Shown: one piece after another, positions 24,219-36,905 of the stretch
Layout: each line of letters opens with the position of its first letter
How positions within the stretch are numbered: the stretch's first letter is position 1
Origin: Chiloscyllium plagiosum
Lineage: Eukaryota
Direction of reading: 5' to 3'
DNA: 64,000 nt
Assembly (NCBI RefSeq): GCF_004010195.1
Contig: NC_057749.1
Coordinates: 6,229,933-6,293,932 of the forward strand
The notes under the pieces: model-generated
Databases searched by the model: none
What the model saw: the letters and a program-made list of their open reading frames with translations, nothing else
Told to the model about the DNA's origin: nothing
Translations under genes and position numbers: made by a program

Positions 24219-25401
24219 AGCCATTTGTAACGATAATGTTTAAGGAGCTGGAAATTTTCCTGTTTCTTTGTACTCAAAGGCTGGTGTATCAACAATCTTT
24301 ATTGTCACAGTGGAACAGATGGCAAAGGAAATAGTCCACAGTCCCAACGCTTGAAATCTTCAAGACCTACCCTTAGGTTGTTTCCAATTCAACGTTTACA
24401 TGATGAGGATGATCATCTCCACACCTCATGCCTTGTCTTGCAAGTCCTATCCATGGAATTGCCATCAGTATACAGTTATTTGCCTGTGATGCTGGCACAA
24501 CAATAACAGAGGCAGAAATGGACCTTTCACGTTGCCTGGATGCTGTGTAACCAAGGGTGGCCAATAGAGCAAAGCGTGAAGAGTAAAGTGCCACGAACAG
24601 CAATGAGATAAATCAGAGACAAAAACTGCTGGCGAAACTCAGCAGGTGTGGCAATATCAGTTGAGAGGAAATGCAGAGTTAACGTTTTGAGTCCAGTGAC
24701 CCTTCTTCAGAACTCAAAGAATTAGAGAGCAATATTGTGAAGGAGGAGGCTGTTCAATCCATTCTGCACCTGCTAATTCTTCATTGGAGACTTTTTCCAC
24801 TAGGTCCTGCATTTTTTTTCCCCTTCTTTTATTTCTATATTTGACTTGGAATGCTACTGTGCAGATGTCAACCATTTAATGGCTTCTTGTGGTGCATTGA
24901 TAATGTCCTGAGTTAAGAGATCTGGGTTCAAATCCCATATACAATAACTATATCAGAACAGGCTCATTTAAAAATATCTACTTCCGGCAGTGCTTTCCAA
25001 ATCACAATTCACTCTGGAAATAAAATGGTCATTGGTGTTGCCTGTTGCTCTTTTTCCAATTGCTTTAAACCCTTGCTGTCATCTGTCACTAAACACTTTT
25101 CACCCTTAGTTTATCCAAACTAATCATGGTTTAAGAAAAGTTATCAAATGCTCTTGCTCCATGGAGAGCAAACTCATGCTCTCTACATAACTGAAGTCCC
25201 TCATCCATGGCACCAAACTAATACCAAACTTGGCATCCTCTCCAAGACCTTGGCATTCTTTCAACAGTGTGGTACCTGCAAGTTTCTCTTTTATTTGTTT
25301 CTTGGATGTAGGCATTGCTGGCCAAACCAGAACGTGTTGCCCATTGCTATTTGCCCTTGATCAAAGCACCTTATTCTGCCATTTTAGTTAGGAGGCAAAC
25401 A

Positions 25402-25732
25402 CATAGAATCCTTACAGTGTGGAAACAGGCCATTTGGTCCAACAAGTCCACACTGACCCTCCGCAGAGCATCTCACCCAGACCCATTCCCCTAACCTATT
25501 ACGCAACATTTGCCCCTGACTAACGCATCTAGTCCACACATCTACACATCCCTGAAGTTGATGGGCAATTCACCTAACTTGTGCATCTTTGAACTGTGGG
25601 AGGAAACCAGAGCAAACCTGCACACGACACAAGGAGAATGTCCAAACCCCACTCAGATAGTCATCTGAAGCTGGAATTGAACCCGGGTCCCTGGTGCTGT
25701 GAGACCGCATTGCTGACCGCTGAGCCACTGTG
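25402..25732 (-). mobile_element. HE1-type SINE
   Basis: catagaatccttacagtgtggaaacaggcc tail through to the head. Confidence 0.9.
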
Positions 25733-26639
25733 CTGTTCTGAGGGTCTGAGGGTCAGCTGTAAGTCAGATCAGGTACAGATGGCAGACTTCCTTCCCTAAA
25801 AGACATAGCCGAACCAGATGGTTTTCTACAGCAATCAACGTGGATTCCATTACCGACTCAGATTTTCATTTAAGTCAATCTAATATTAACCAGTTGCCAT
25901 GACCAGTGTCTGTCCGATTTGAGGTTTATAATACCAGTCCAGCGACCTTACCAAAAGGACACTAACCTCCCCCACAGTTTGAATGCAATACAATCAAACC
26001 ACTGTTTTATAGGTTTTCATGTTTGGTTCTGGCACAACTCTAGAGTGGATGGTATGTGAGCCAAGGCCTATACTAGGCTCAGAGGTAGGGACACTACCAC
26101 TGTACCACAAGAGCCCTGCCAATTCTGTGCTAAAGTTTAGCATAATTTGCATGGCTTTTGTTCTCTATTCCTCATCGATAAAGCCAAGGATACCATCTGA
26201 TTTTTTTCATACCCTTCCAAGCTTGTCTGTCACTTCCAAAGATTTACGTAGCTATTTCCTCCACTCCCTGTTCCTGTACTCCGTTTAAAATTATACTTGA
26301 TTTGACGAAGTAATCTGTCCAACTGGTTTAGGTTGATTGATCAATATTGGTCAGGATGCTGAGGTCAAACTCTATGGCTCATCTCCAAATGATATAGTGA
26401 GTTTTCTTTGCATCCACCTGAGAGAAAATTAAATCCCTGGTAAATTAACTCCTGTAAGAAAGCTTCTTAGAGTGCAACAGAAATGGAATAAGAACTCTAT
26501 CCACTTAGTCACTTCAAAATTTGGAAACATTTAAATAATGTTTTGCATTTACTTCTCTTTCCTGGAAATCCAGGAGGAAAACACAAACTAATTCCAAATT
26601 AAACCATTGGTGATGAACAGCTCAGTTCAGCTAAAAGTT

Positions 26640-26925
26640 CATTGGCCTGTTTAACCCACAGAGACATGGAATGAACATGCAAACTCCATACAGGGTGCTC
26701 AAGGATGGAATTGAACCCAGATACTTAGCACTGTGAGCCACGGCATGCTGGAAGCGAGCCTGCCCACCTTTGGACTGTCGGAGAAAACAGCAGTACCCGG
26801 AGGAAACCCGTGCAGACATGAGGAGGACATGCAAACTCCACACAGACAGTCACCGAAGGCTGGAATGGAACCTGGATCCCTAGCACTGCTAAGTGACAGT
26901 ACTAACCACTGTGTCACCATGCAAT
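26640..26925 (-). mobile_element. HE1-type SINE fragments (two partial heads in tandem)
   Basis: catgcaaactcca occurs twice; gtactaaccactgtgtcacc. Confidence 0.75.
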
Positions 26926-28685
26926 CCACATAATATGTTGCTGATTAGCAAGGGGATCAAACATTACGGGGAAAATGCAGGAAAATGGAGAGATATATCA
27001 GCCATGATTGACTTGCAGATCAGATTCAATGGGTTGAATAGTGTAATTCTGCTCTTACATCTTATGGCCTTATATAGTAAGTTTTCCTCACTGCTCACTG
27101 CATCTGCACTGTCTCTGCGATGAATTATCTTACATTTGGTTTGTGGTGCAGAGTAACATAGATGGGCTCAATTCCTAAACCAGCTGAGGTTACTAAGAAA
27201 GTCCTGCCTTCCCAACATCACTCTTTGTTGGAGGCATGGTGACCTTCTGAAAAAAACTTACTACCTGTTGTCTCCCTCTCACTATGGTGATATTCATTCA
27301 TTTCACTATTACCCTGAGTTGTTGCCAAAATGTCTAACCACTACCACCATGTTATAAATGTGAAATCAGCAAATTCTCATGAAAGCCATTCTGAGTGGAA
27401 ACACATCTGCACAGCACATTAGCACTGCCATACAGAGAGTAACGTCTTCTGCTATGACTCTAGGTACTTCCAAGTGTCGGATTATAGCACAATTAGCTCT
27501 GCTGTAATGTTAACTCTTGGCTCCACAGATGCTGCCTGACCTGCTGACAGTCTCCTACATGTTATCCTTTCAATACACAATTACTCATGCATTGGGACTT
27601 TAGATTTTCCTCACCAACTGATGGAAATCCTAAAGCTTAATGAACTGATGGAGTGGAATTGATAATGTGGAGCTGGCATTACTAAATAGGATGGATTTGC
27701 CTTTCCTTCTCGCCAAACAGTGAAGCTTGTTGGAAAATTTGTATCATTGGACATTAACAGGATACGGATGAAACTTGGCTGTTATTCCAGGACCTGCTAT
27801 TGGCCCATCCATGAAAATTGTCATCAAGCTTAAAAAGTGGAAAAGCCCCGATGGAAATCTATGGAAGACAGTCCCTGTTTGAATCAGCATCTTCCAAAAT
27901 AAGACGGGGGGGGGGAGTGGCAACGAGGTGAAAATGTCAGACTGGTGGCACTATCAATTGCTCACATGCACCAGCTATTGCACCAGTCAAAGTGTCTGAC
28001 CTCAGAAAGAAAGCTTCATAAAAGGAAATCTGCTTAGGAATAGGCCATTTGGCCCTCCAGCTTACCTTGCAATTCAATGGCTGATCTTACAGCTCAACAG
28101 CAATTCCCTCAAACATTTGATGTAATAAATATAGAAAGGTTAAGAGTATGTCTTCTGGCAGATGGATTTATAAATGGTGCTCACTGCCAACATAGCTTGG
28201 GAGAGAATTAGAAAGTGTTGTTCTGCCTTAATGACAGAGGCAAATAAGTAAGCACAATGGTCCTTCAGGATGAAGTGAGAGAAGGGTGAGACTCTGCAAA
28301 CACATCCTTCGAGCCATTTACGCTGCGTAAGTAATCAATCTAAATGAGCAATCTCTGTGGGCTGTCACATTTTTTTGTTGCTGAGTACACCATCCATGGC
28401 AACTTTGTGAAAAATTCAACTGTTAATATCTGGGACAGGGTAAAGAAACTCTATTCTGCATGAGGGTGGAAAACAGTTGCAAAGTTCTTTTGAAAAATGA
28501 GTCCAGTCTAACCCTTGGAAATAGTGCAGATTTAACAAATTAATGAGTCATCTAAATTTGGAGAGAAATTTAGTTTTTTCTTGATTATTCATTTGTGGGA
28601 TGTGGGTGTCGCTGGCTGGGCCAGCATTTTTTGCCCATTCCTAGTTACCCTTGAGAAGGTGTTGGTGAGCTACCTCCTTGAACTG

Positions 28686-29005
28686 TGGGTGACACAGTGG
28701 TTAGCACTGCTGCCTTGCAGCAGTAATAGACCCAGGTTCAATTCCAGCCTCAGATGAACGTCTGTGAGAAGTTTGTACATTCCCCTTGTATCTGTGTGAG
28801 TTCCTTCTGGATGGTCTGGTTTCCTCCCCCAGTCCAAAGATGTGCCGGTTAGGTGAATTGGCCGTGTCAAATTGCCTGTTGTGTCCAGTGATGTACAGGC
28901 GAGGTGAATTAGCCATGGGGAAATATAGGGTGTGGGCCTGGATGGGATGTTCTTTGGAGGGACAGTGTGGACTCAATATCCTGGTTCCACACTGTAGGAA
29001 TTCTG
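28686..29005 (+). mobile_element. HE1-type SINE
   Basis: cagtggttagcactgctgcc head, V-domain, tail. Confidence 0.88.
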
Positions 29006-29534
29006 TGAGCTATTTCAACAACAACTGAAGCAGGGAGCACCTGAATGGACTACTTCTGCTCCCGATCTTATGGTCTCATTGAACAACAGCATGCGCTTAT
29101 ATAACACCTACAGCGTAGATATGTCAGGAGAACAGAACAATAAAAACTGGAAAAGGAGGATTGGGCCTCCTTAAAGGATGGGAACAGCTGAAGAGATTGG
29201 GTTTTATTGCAGAATGTTTGAACGCTAAAGGATGAAGTGATATGAGAATAATGTTGGAAAATTCAGGTTGAGATAAAAGATAAGTCATGATCCTATTGAA
29301 TGATGAGGTAGATTTGAAGGGGATAACCTGCCCCTATTTCTTAAGTCCTTATATTCTTAAGTGAAGAATTTGGGATGCAGTTGCCTGAAAATAATGATCA
29401 TCAATTGTAACTCTAATTGAGAGAGAGATTTCTATATTTCAATTATATTAATGAACCAATGTCTTACATGGCAACTGACTGTACTCTGGCAGCATTAAAT
29501 TTACTCACATACAGGCTCTGGCCATGTGTGATAG

Positions 29535-29770
29535 AGGGAGGTGATGGCTTAGTGGTATTATCACTCGACTATTCATTTGGAGACCCAGGTAATGTGCTGG
29601 GAACCTGGGTTTGAATTGTGCGATAGCAGACAGTGCAATTTGAATACAATATTAAAAATAGTAACCTGGAACTAAGAGTCTAATGATAATTATGAAACCA
29701 TTGTTGATTGTCAGGAAATGTCCATCTGGCTGACTAATGGCCTTTCAGGAAGGAAATCTGTCATTCCAAC
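29535..29770 (+). mobile_element. Second tRNA-derived SINE family, 5' part
   Basis: gatggcttagtggtatta...gggtttgaatt; homologous to 35360-35680. Confidence 0.75.
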
Positions 29771-29787
29771 TAACAACAACATCATTG

Positions 29788-30800
29788 AGGAGAAAGTGAG
29801 TACTGCAGATGCTGGAGATCAGAGTCGAGAGTGTGTCGCTGGAAGAGGACAGCAGGTCAGGCAGCATCCGAGGAGCAGGAGAATCGATGTTTCGGGCCAG
29901 AGCCCTTCATCAGGAATGAGGTTGGGAACCTCGGGAGTGGAGACATAAATGGGAGGGGTATGGGGCTGGGGAGAATGTAGCTGAGAGTGCAATAGGTGGA
30001 TGGAGGTGGGGGTAAAGGTGATAGGTCAACAGCCAGGGTGGAGTTGATAGGTGGGAAGGAAGATTGACAGGTGGGACGGGTCATGAGGATGGTGCTGAGC
30101 TGGAAGGTTGGAAATGAGGTAAGGTGGGGGGAGGGGAAATGAAGAAACTGGTAAAGTCCATATTGATGCCCTGGGTTGATGTGTTCTGAGGCGGAAGATG
30201 AGGCATTCTTCCTCCAGGCATCAGGTGGTGAGGGGGTGGCAATGAAGGAGGCCCAGGACCTGCATGTCCTCAGCAGAATGGGAGGGGAAATTGAAATGTT
30301 CAGCCATGGGGCGATGGAGTTGATTGGCGCAGGTGTCCCAGAGATGTTCTCTAAAGCACTCTGCGAGAAGGCATCCAGTCTCCCCAATGTAGAGGAAACC
30401 CGCCTCGGGAGCAACAGATAAAATAAATGACTTGGTTGGATGTGTAGGTGAAACTCTGATGGATGTGGAAGGCTCCTTTGGGGCCTTGGATGGAGGTGAG
30501 TGGGGAGGTGTTGGCACAGGTTTTGTAATTCTTGCGGTGGAAGGGGAAAGTGCCAAGAGGGGAGAGTGGGTTGTTGGGGAGGGCGTAGACCTGACACAGT
30601 ATTTGCGGAGGGAACGGTCTTTACGGAAAGCGGTTAAGAGTGGGGAGGGAAATATATCCCTAGTGGTGGGGTCCATTTGTAGGTGGTGGAAATGTCGGCG
30701 GATGATACGATTTATGCGGAGGTTGGTGGGGTGGAAGGTGAAGACTGGGGGATTCTGTCCTTGTTGTGATTGGAGGGGTGGGGTTCGAGGGCAGAGGTGC
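29788..30800 (-). mobile_element. Penelope-like element 3' portion with GIY-YIG remnant and terminal repeat
   Basis: FTFHPTNLRINRIIRRHF...LYIGETGCLLAECFREHL; intact hammerhead core 29889-29913. Confidence 0.9.
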
Positions 30801-32357
30801 GCTGACTCTGGGCACCAAATGCTGGGCCTAACACTCACATCCTGTGCATGCTTTTTTTTAAAGAAGTGGGAACTCCCACTTTTATATAAGGCCCAACCTG
30901 TTCAATACTTTCCATTTCTGAACAGCTGGGATATGAAATATAATTGGTTAAGAAGAAATGTTTTCTCGCATTTAGCATGCTTTGCCCCTCTGTAACATTC
31001 CTAGATCTTATAATCCTTCACAATTGCTGCACTCCTTCAATCCCAGTCTCCCTGATTTTATTTACACTATTTCATTCTTTCATTTGTCATGGCTTTCAGG
31101 GTTCTGAAATGTGCTCCCTAAATCAAGTTCCCTTCCTTCTTTAAGATAGATGTTAAAATCTCCCAAGCTTGTCCTAAATATCTCCCCCAACATAAAAACA
31201 GTGGTAGAGAAACTCAACACATCTGCTTTAGAGAGAGAAGCAAAGGTAATGTTTTGAGTCTGATGCAATTCTTCCTCAGAATTCATGTAGTTTGATATAA
31301 AATCTTGCATATTAACGTCTCTTTGAAGCATATTGGGCCAGTTTACTGTTTTATAGGTGCTATATAAATGCAGATTGGGACCTATTGACTGTGGTTCTGC
31401 ATTAGGTGTATCCAACTGCTTAACTTCACTTCTGGAAGCAGACAACGTTTTGTTAATATGTTTCCGTACAGATTCTTAAGGAACGGGCCTGGTCATCAGA
31501 GGTTATCAACAGTAAGTCAGAATCCATTACTTTGCCTCAGATGGGATATTTAGTTTAGAAAATCAGAAGCTTTTAAAATGAAATGCTCACAAGGCCAGCC
31601 GAACATGGTGGAGCAATTTACCGTGCTGCTACACTCAAAGTAGCCGTGATTAATAAGGATACTTCACATGGTTTCTCTGACATTCAGAAAATTCATTGGA
31701 GATTCAATGTAACATTTACTTGGTTTGTATTGAACCCTTCAGCTTCGTTAGCTGAGCATTTTCCTCTTTCTTATGAACTCTGAAAGGTTAGGACTACTAG
31801 TGCTATGGTGTGTGCACTTTGTAAATGTTCATTCAATTACATTGAATCAAGAATTGCAAAGCCAAGCAAGTAACCCAAGTAGGTGACTTCATACCAACAT
31901 GATGGATGCGATGGCAAAAAAATTAAAGCTACTGTGATTTCTCAGTATTGATGATAAAACAAAAATCACAGAGTATTGTCTTTAACAATGTCAAACCTGG
32001 GTATTTATTTCAGTTGATTTAGGGACCTGGATTATGTTGCAAGCTGCAGCAGTCACTTTGGGTTGTTCACCAAACCCTTGAATGTGCGTGCTGGTAAAAT
32101 GACAAAAAAAGTTCAGTACTGATAAGGTGAATTACCGTACTGTGTTCTTATGTTCACCTGCACAGCTGCAGTCACCCTGTTGCAAAGCCATTTATCAAAT
32201 GAGCCAGCGACATTTCTCAAAGATGTGATAAGGTGCTGCATAAATGCCAGTCTCTTTAAAGACCTTTAACAGAGCACAACTTGTGGCGTACTGCCATTTT
32301 CTGACCTTCATCTTCACGAGAAAGGAAGCAGTTTTCCAGCAGTCAGTGAGGAATTTT

Positions 32358-32707
32358 CATAGAATCATAGAATCTTTACAGTGTGGAAACAGGTCATTTG
32401 GCCTAACAAGTCCACACCGACACACCAAAGAGTAATCCAAACAGACCCGTTCCCCTACCCTATTAGTCTACATTTACCCCTGACTAATGCACCTAGCCTA
32501 CACATCCCTGAACACTATGGGCAATTTAGCATGGCCAATTCACCTGACCTGCACATCTTTGGACTGTGGGAGGGAACCGGAGCACCTAAGGAAACCCACA
32601 CAGACACGGGGAGAATGTGCAACTCCACACAGACAGTCACCTGAGGGTGGAATCAAACCCGGGTCCCTAGTGCTGTGAGGCAGCAGTGCTAGCCACTGAG
32701 CCAATGT
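32358..32707 (-). mobile_element. HE1-type SINE
   Basis: Full tail, V-domain, head. Confidence 0.92.
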
Positions 32708-32899
32708 GATTTAATAGGACCTCATGACCGAATCGATTTGTGATGGTTTTAGACAAGCTGAAATTGTCATGTGTTACAAACCAGCGGAGGAGGCGTAATC
32801 AGCTCTGCTCTTTTCAACCCCAGCCACCCTCCCTTCTCAGTCAGTCACACAAAACATTTTAACATTTTTAATTAGCATGCAGTAATCATAATTTGATTA

Positions 32900-33428
32900 A
32901 AATGTACTGTGTCCAGTTCTGGTCACCCAATGATAGGAAGAATATTATCAAGCTGGAGTGGGTTCAGAAGAGATTTACCATGATGTTGCCGGGATTGGAG
33001 GATTTGAGTTATAACAAAGGCTGGATAAGCTGGGACTTTTCTCTCTGGAGCATCGGAGGTTGAGAGGCGACCTTATAGAAGTTTATAAAATAATGTGGGG
33101 TATAGATAGAGTTAATGGTAGTTGTCTTTTCCATAGGGTGGGGGATTTCAAGGCTAGGGGGCACATCTTTAAGGTGAGAAGAGAGGTCTTTCTACACAAA
33201 GGCAATTTTTTTACACAGAGGGTGGTTTGTGTGAGGAATGAACTTCCTGAGGAAGTGGTGGATGTGGGTACTATTACAACAGTTAAAAAACATTTGGATA
33301 AGTACATGAATAGGAAAGGTTTGGAAGGATCTGGGCTATGAATAGTTGTGTGGGACTAGTTTAGTTTGGAAATATGTTTATCATGGACAGGTTGGAGCAA
33401 ATGGTCTGTTTCTGTGCTGTATGACTCG
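32900..33428 (+). mobile_element. CR1 3' fragment
   Basis: RGDLIEVYKIMWGIDRV...FFTQRVV. Confidence 0.9.
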
Positions 33429-33974
33429 AAGAATATAACTGGATCAAGATGATGGAGTCAAGTTACAAGGTTTCCTTGAGTGAAGGAAAGAAACATTCAA
33501 TTACCTACTGACCCCAAGAAAATATTTTAAAATGTTCAAACACATGCAATAACACAACTAATAAGCTTACAAGGAAAGATAAAATGTTAGCTACAGATGG
33601 GAAGTTAAATTGTAGTTTAAAGTTCTTAAAATCCTTAAGCTTTTAAACTTGAGGCCAAATGATTAGTTTTGATCTTATGTGAATGGAAAAGGTCCCAAGT
33701 GCTTTTTTCAACAAGCACTAACTTCAAGGTTGAGAGAGACAAAAATAGAGAGACAATATCTCTCAGCTGTTGCCCCGAAATCTATTGTTTCTTGTTCCTG
33801 CCCTGCTGTTCAAATGCAGCTAATGAAATATCCAGGAGCCTAGTCTCATTGTCTTTGATCAAGCTGGATGATCTACAGGTAGCTTTCATCCCAATGTATA
33901 ACTTCCATTAAAGTATGAAGGAACTGGGACATACAGAACTCTGGGTTCAAGTCATGGATATTTTCCTATCCAGC

Positions 33975-34450
33975 TGCTCACACCGTTGGAGCAGATGGGT
34001 CTTGAATCCAACCTTCCTGGCTCAGGGTTAGGGACACCACCACAAGAGTACTCCCAAATATTTTAGATACTTCCCAGTCAACTATTCAGAAATGGTATTA
34101 CACATCTCTGGAGCAGGAGGGACTTGAACCTGGACATCCTGGATCAGAGGTAAGGACACTATCACTGTGTCACATGAACCCAAGACATTTTATTAGATAT
34201 TTTAATCAATCTGTTCAGAGATGTTATGATACACTTTTAGAGCTGATGGGACTTGAACCCAGGTCTCCTGGCCCAGAGATAGGGACACTATTACTGTGTC
34301 ACAAGAACCCGAAACATGTTAATTTTTTTAAGTTAACCTACTTTTCTAATCAATCTGTTCAGAGATGTTATTACACACCTCTGGAGCAGGTGGGACTTGA
34401 ACCCAGGTCTCTTGGCTCAGAGGTCGAAACACTACAAGTGTATCACAAGT
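33975..34450 (-). repeat. Tandem array of ~4 tRNA-derived SINE-like heads
   Basis: Repeated gagcag..gggacttgaacc...agggacact units (antisense B box ggttcaagtccc). Confidence 0.8.
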
Positions 34451-34454
34451 GAGG

Positions 34455-34990
34455 TGAAAATGTGTTGCTGGAAAAGCGCAGCAGGTCAGGCAGCATCCAA
34501 GGAGCAGGAGAATTGATGTTTCGGGCATGAGCCCTTCTTCAGGAAAGTGTGTCCAGCAGGCTAAGATAAAAGGTAGGGAGGAGGGACTTGGGGGAGGGGC
34601 GTTGGAAATGCGATAGGTGGAAGGAGGTCAAGGTGAGGGTGATAGGCCAGAGTGGGGGTGGGGGCGGAGAGGTCAGGAAGAAGATTGCAGGTTAGGAAGG
34701 CGGTGCTGAGTTCAAGGGATTTGACTGAGACAAGATGGGGGAGGGGAAATGAGGAAACTGGAGAAATCTGAGTTCATCCCTTGTGGTTGGAGGGTTCCTA
34801 GGCAGAAGATGAGGCATTCTTCCTCCAACCATCATGTTGCTATGGTCTGGCAATGGAGGAGTCCAAGGACCTGCATGTCCTTGGTGGAGTGGAGGGGGAG
34901 TTGAAGTGTTGAGCCACGGGGTGGTTGGGTTGGTTGGTCCGGGTGTCCCAGAGGTGTTCTCTGAAACGTTCCGCAAGTAGGCGGCCTGTT
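34455..34990 (-). mobile_element. Penelope-like element 3' end
   Basis: Homologous to 29788-30400; hammerhead core 34518-34542. Confidence 0.88.
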
Positions 34991-35301
34991 CTGGGAATTT
35001 AGTGCTAAACACTGTACAGAAACAGAAGTTGCTGCAGGAACTCAGCAGGTTTGGCAGCATTGGTGGAGAGAGAGTTAATGTTTCGAGTCCAGCTTCTTCA
35101 GACCTGATAAAACATTATGGTCTGCTTGAGCTCCCCTGGAGAGGGGACTGTTTCTCGTTCAAACACACTCGGTGCCTGAGTGAGGAAGGTGACATTGGAA
35201 ATGGCAGGTGGGGGATTAGAGGGAACAGAGGATGTGCTGGCCCACTGAACACTATCTCCTCCCCCTTGCTGCCAATTGACGTGCTAGTCACTGAAACAAT
35301 C

Positions 35302-35314
35302 TGACCTTTGACCT
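35302..35314 (-). promoter_or_regulatory. Perfect DR1 nuclear-receptor element
   Basis: TGACCTTTGACCT, i.e. AGGTCAAAGGTCA on the minus strand. Confidence 0.4.
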
Positions 35315-35359
35315 CTAATAGCCATGGTTTCCCCAGCAGCTTTGCCCTCTCAAAGAGCT

Positions 35360-35680
35360 GGGAGGCGATGGTCTCGTGGTATTCTGGCTGGACTGTTAAT
35401 CCAGAGACCCAGGTTCTGGGAATCCGGGTGCGAATCTCGCCAACGGAATTCAACAAAAAGTTGGAATTAAGAGACTAACAATGACCATGAACCCATTGTC
35501 GATTGTTGGGAAACCCCATCTGGTTCACTAATGTCCTTTCAGGAAGGAAACTGCCTACACGTGATTCCAGACCCACAGCAATGTGGTTGACTCTTAACTG
35601 CCCTCTGGGCAATTAGGGATAGACAATAAGTGCTGGCCTAGCCAGTAACACCCTCATCCCATGAATGAATGAATAAATAA
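35360..35680 (+). mobile_element. Second tRNA-derived SINE family with LINE-derived tail
   Basis: tRNA-like head, cccatctggttcactaatgtcc core, (atga)n tail. Confidence 0.85.
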
Positions 35681-36574
35681 AATGCTGCTGACTCATCTGA
35701 TTGCCTAGCAACTTTCAACAGGAGAGATTTCTGCACCCCACCCCCACCCATAGCCTTGAAAGACCCACTGATGGCCACCCAAGTGGCTTGTGATCCCATT
35801 GGGCTTTCTAGAGGAGCCAACATAGGCACTTGTCAGTTTTCCAGTGAGCAGGTGAGAGCATCAATACGTTTTCATGCTACAATCTCTTTATAATAATAAA
35901 ATCATAGCTTAACAACTTAATTCAACCTTGTTAATTCTAAGCTTAATGTAATAGATGTAAAATCCCTGGAGGATGTTTTAACTCAAATAATGACTAATGA
36001 CGATTATGTGATATGTAACTTTCAAGCCTTATCCTCATAATATGCAGAGTTCAAATAAATTAAACAAGTGTTCATGACCAGACATCACTGGAGTTAGTTT
36101 GGATAGTGATACTTGCGAGAAGTAAGCAATTATTTTTGTGTCTAAGCAAATTAATCAATTCCATTAGGGTCTGTATGTGCATATCATTCTTTCAAATATT
36201 GCTGCTAGCTCAAACACAATGATCAACTTAAGAGTGTCTGTTTTATTATTATAGAGTGTCAGCGATGTAATACATGCCTCCAATTGAATACTTAAAGTGA
36301 CATTTCCCTTTGTACTTGGGGTGAAAACATTTTATTGGTCTTAGCCAGCTGGTTCTATAAAAGTGCTTAGTCATGAGATTGTATTCTCATTATTGAGGAT
36401 TAGCTCCCACTCCAGCAAGTTCGATTTCAAAATCCTCAAACTTGTTATAGTTTCTCCGCTGCCTTCATCGTATCTCATTACCTCTGGAATGTAGAAGCTA
36501 TCAGAATTCCTGCGATTCCAGTCCCTGGTATGGAAATGATCTCTTTCTCTCCATTGTTGGTGGTCGTTATCACA

Positions 36575-36905
36575 TCATAGAATCCCTACAGTGCAGAAGC
36601 AGGGCATTCGGCCCACCTTGACCTCTCCAATGAGCATCCCACTCAGGCGCATGCCCACACCTCTAACCCTGCTATTTCCCACGGCTAACCCACCTAGCCT
36701 GCACATCCCTGATCACTAGGGGAAATTTAATGTGGCCAATCCACCTGACCTGCATATCTGTGGACTGTGGAGGAAACCAAAGCACCTCGCAGAAAGCCAC
36801 AGGGAGAATGTGCTAACTTGACACAGACAGTCACTCAAGGGTAGAATCGAACCAAGGTCCCTGGCGCTGTGAGGCAGTACTGGTGACCACTAGTCCACCA
36901 TGCCT
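36575..36905 (-). mobile_element. HE1-type SINE
   Basis: Tail, V-domain, head. Confidence 0.88.

Noticed and set aside
27791..27882. Short frame GPAIGPSMKIVIKLKKWKSPDGNLWKTVPV* resembling GM2A/ML strands
   Set aside because: Stops immediately, lacks the conserved Cys, and has a weak acceptor
29857..30597. 246-aa Pro/Ser-rich ORF
   Set aside because: Alternative frame of the Penelope-like remnant
36334..36363. ATTGG plus TATAAAAG as a core promoter
   Set aside because: Common short motifs; no downstream exon or ORF support
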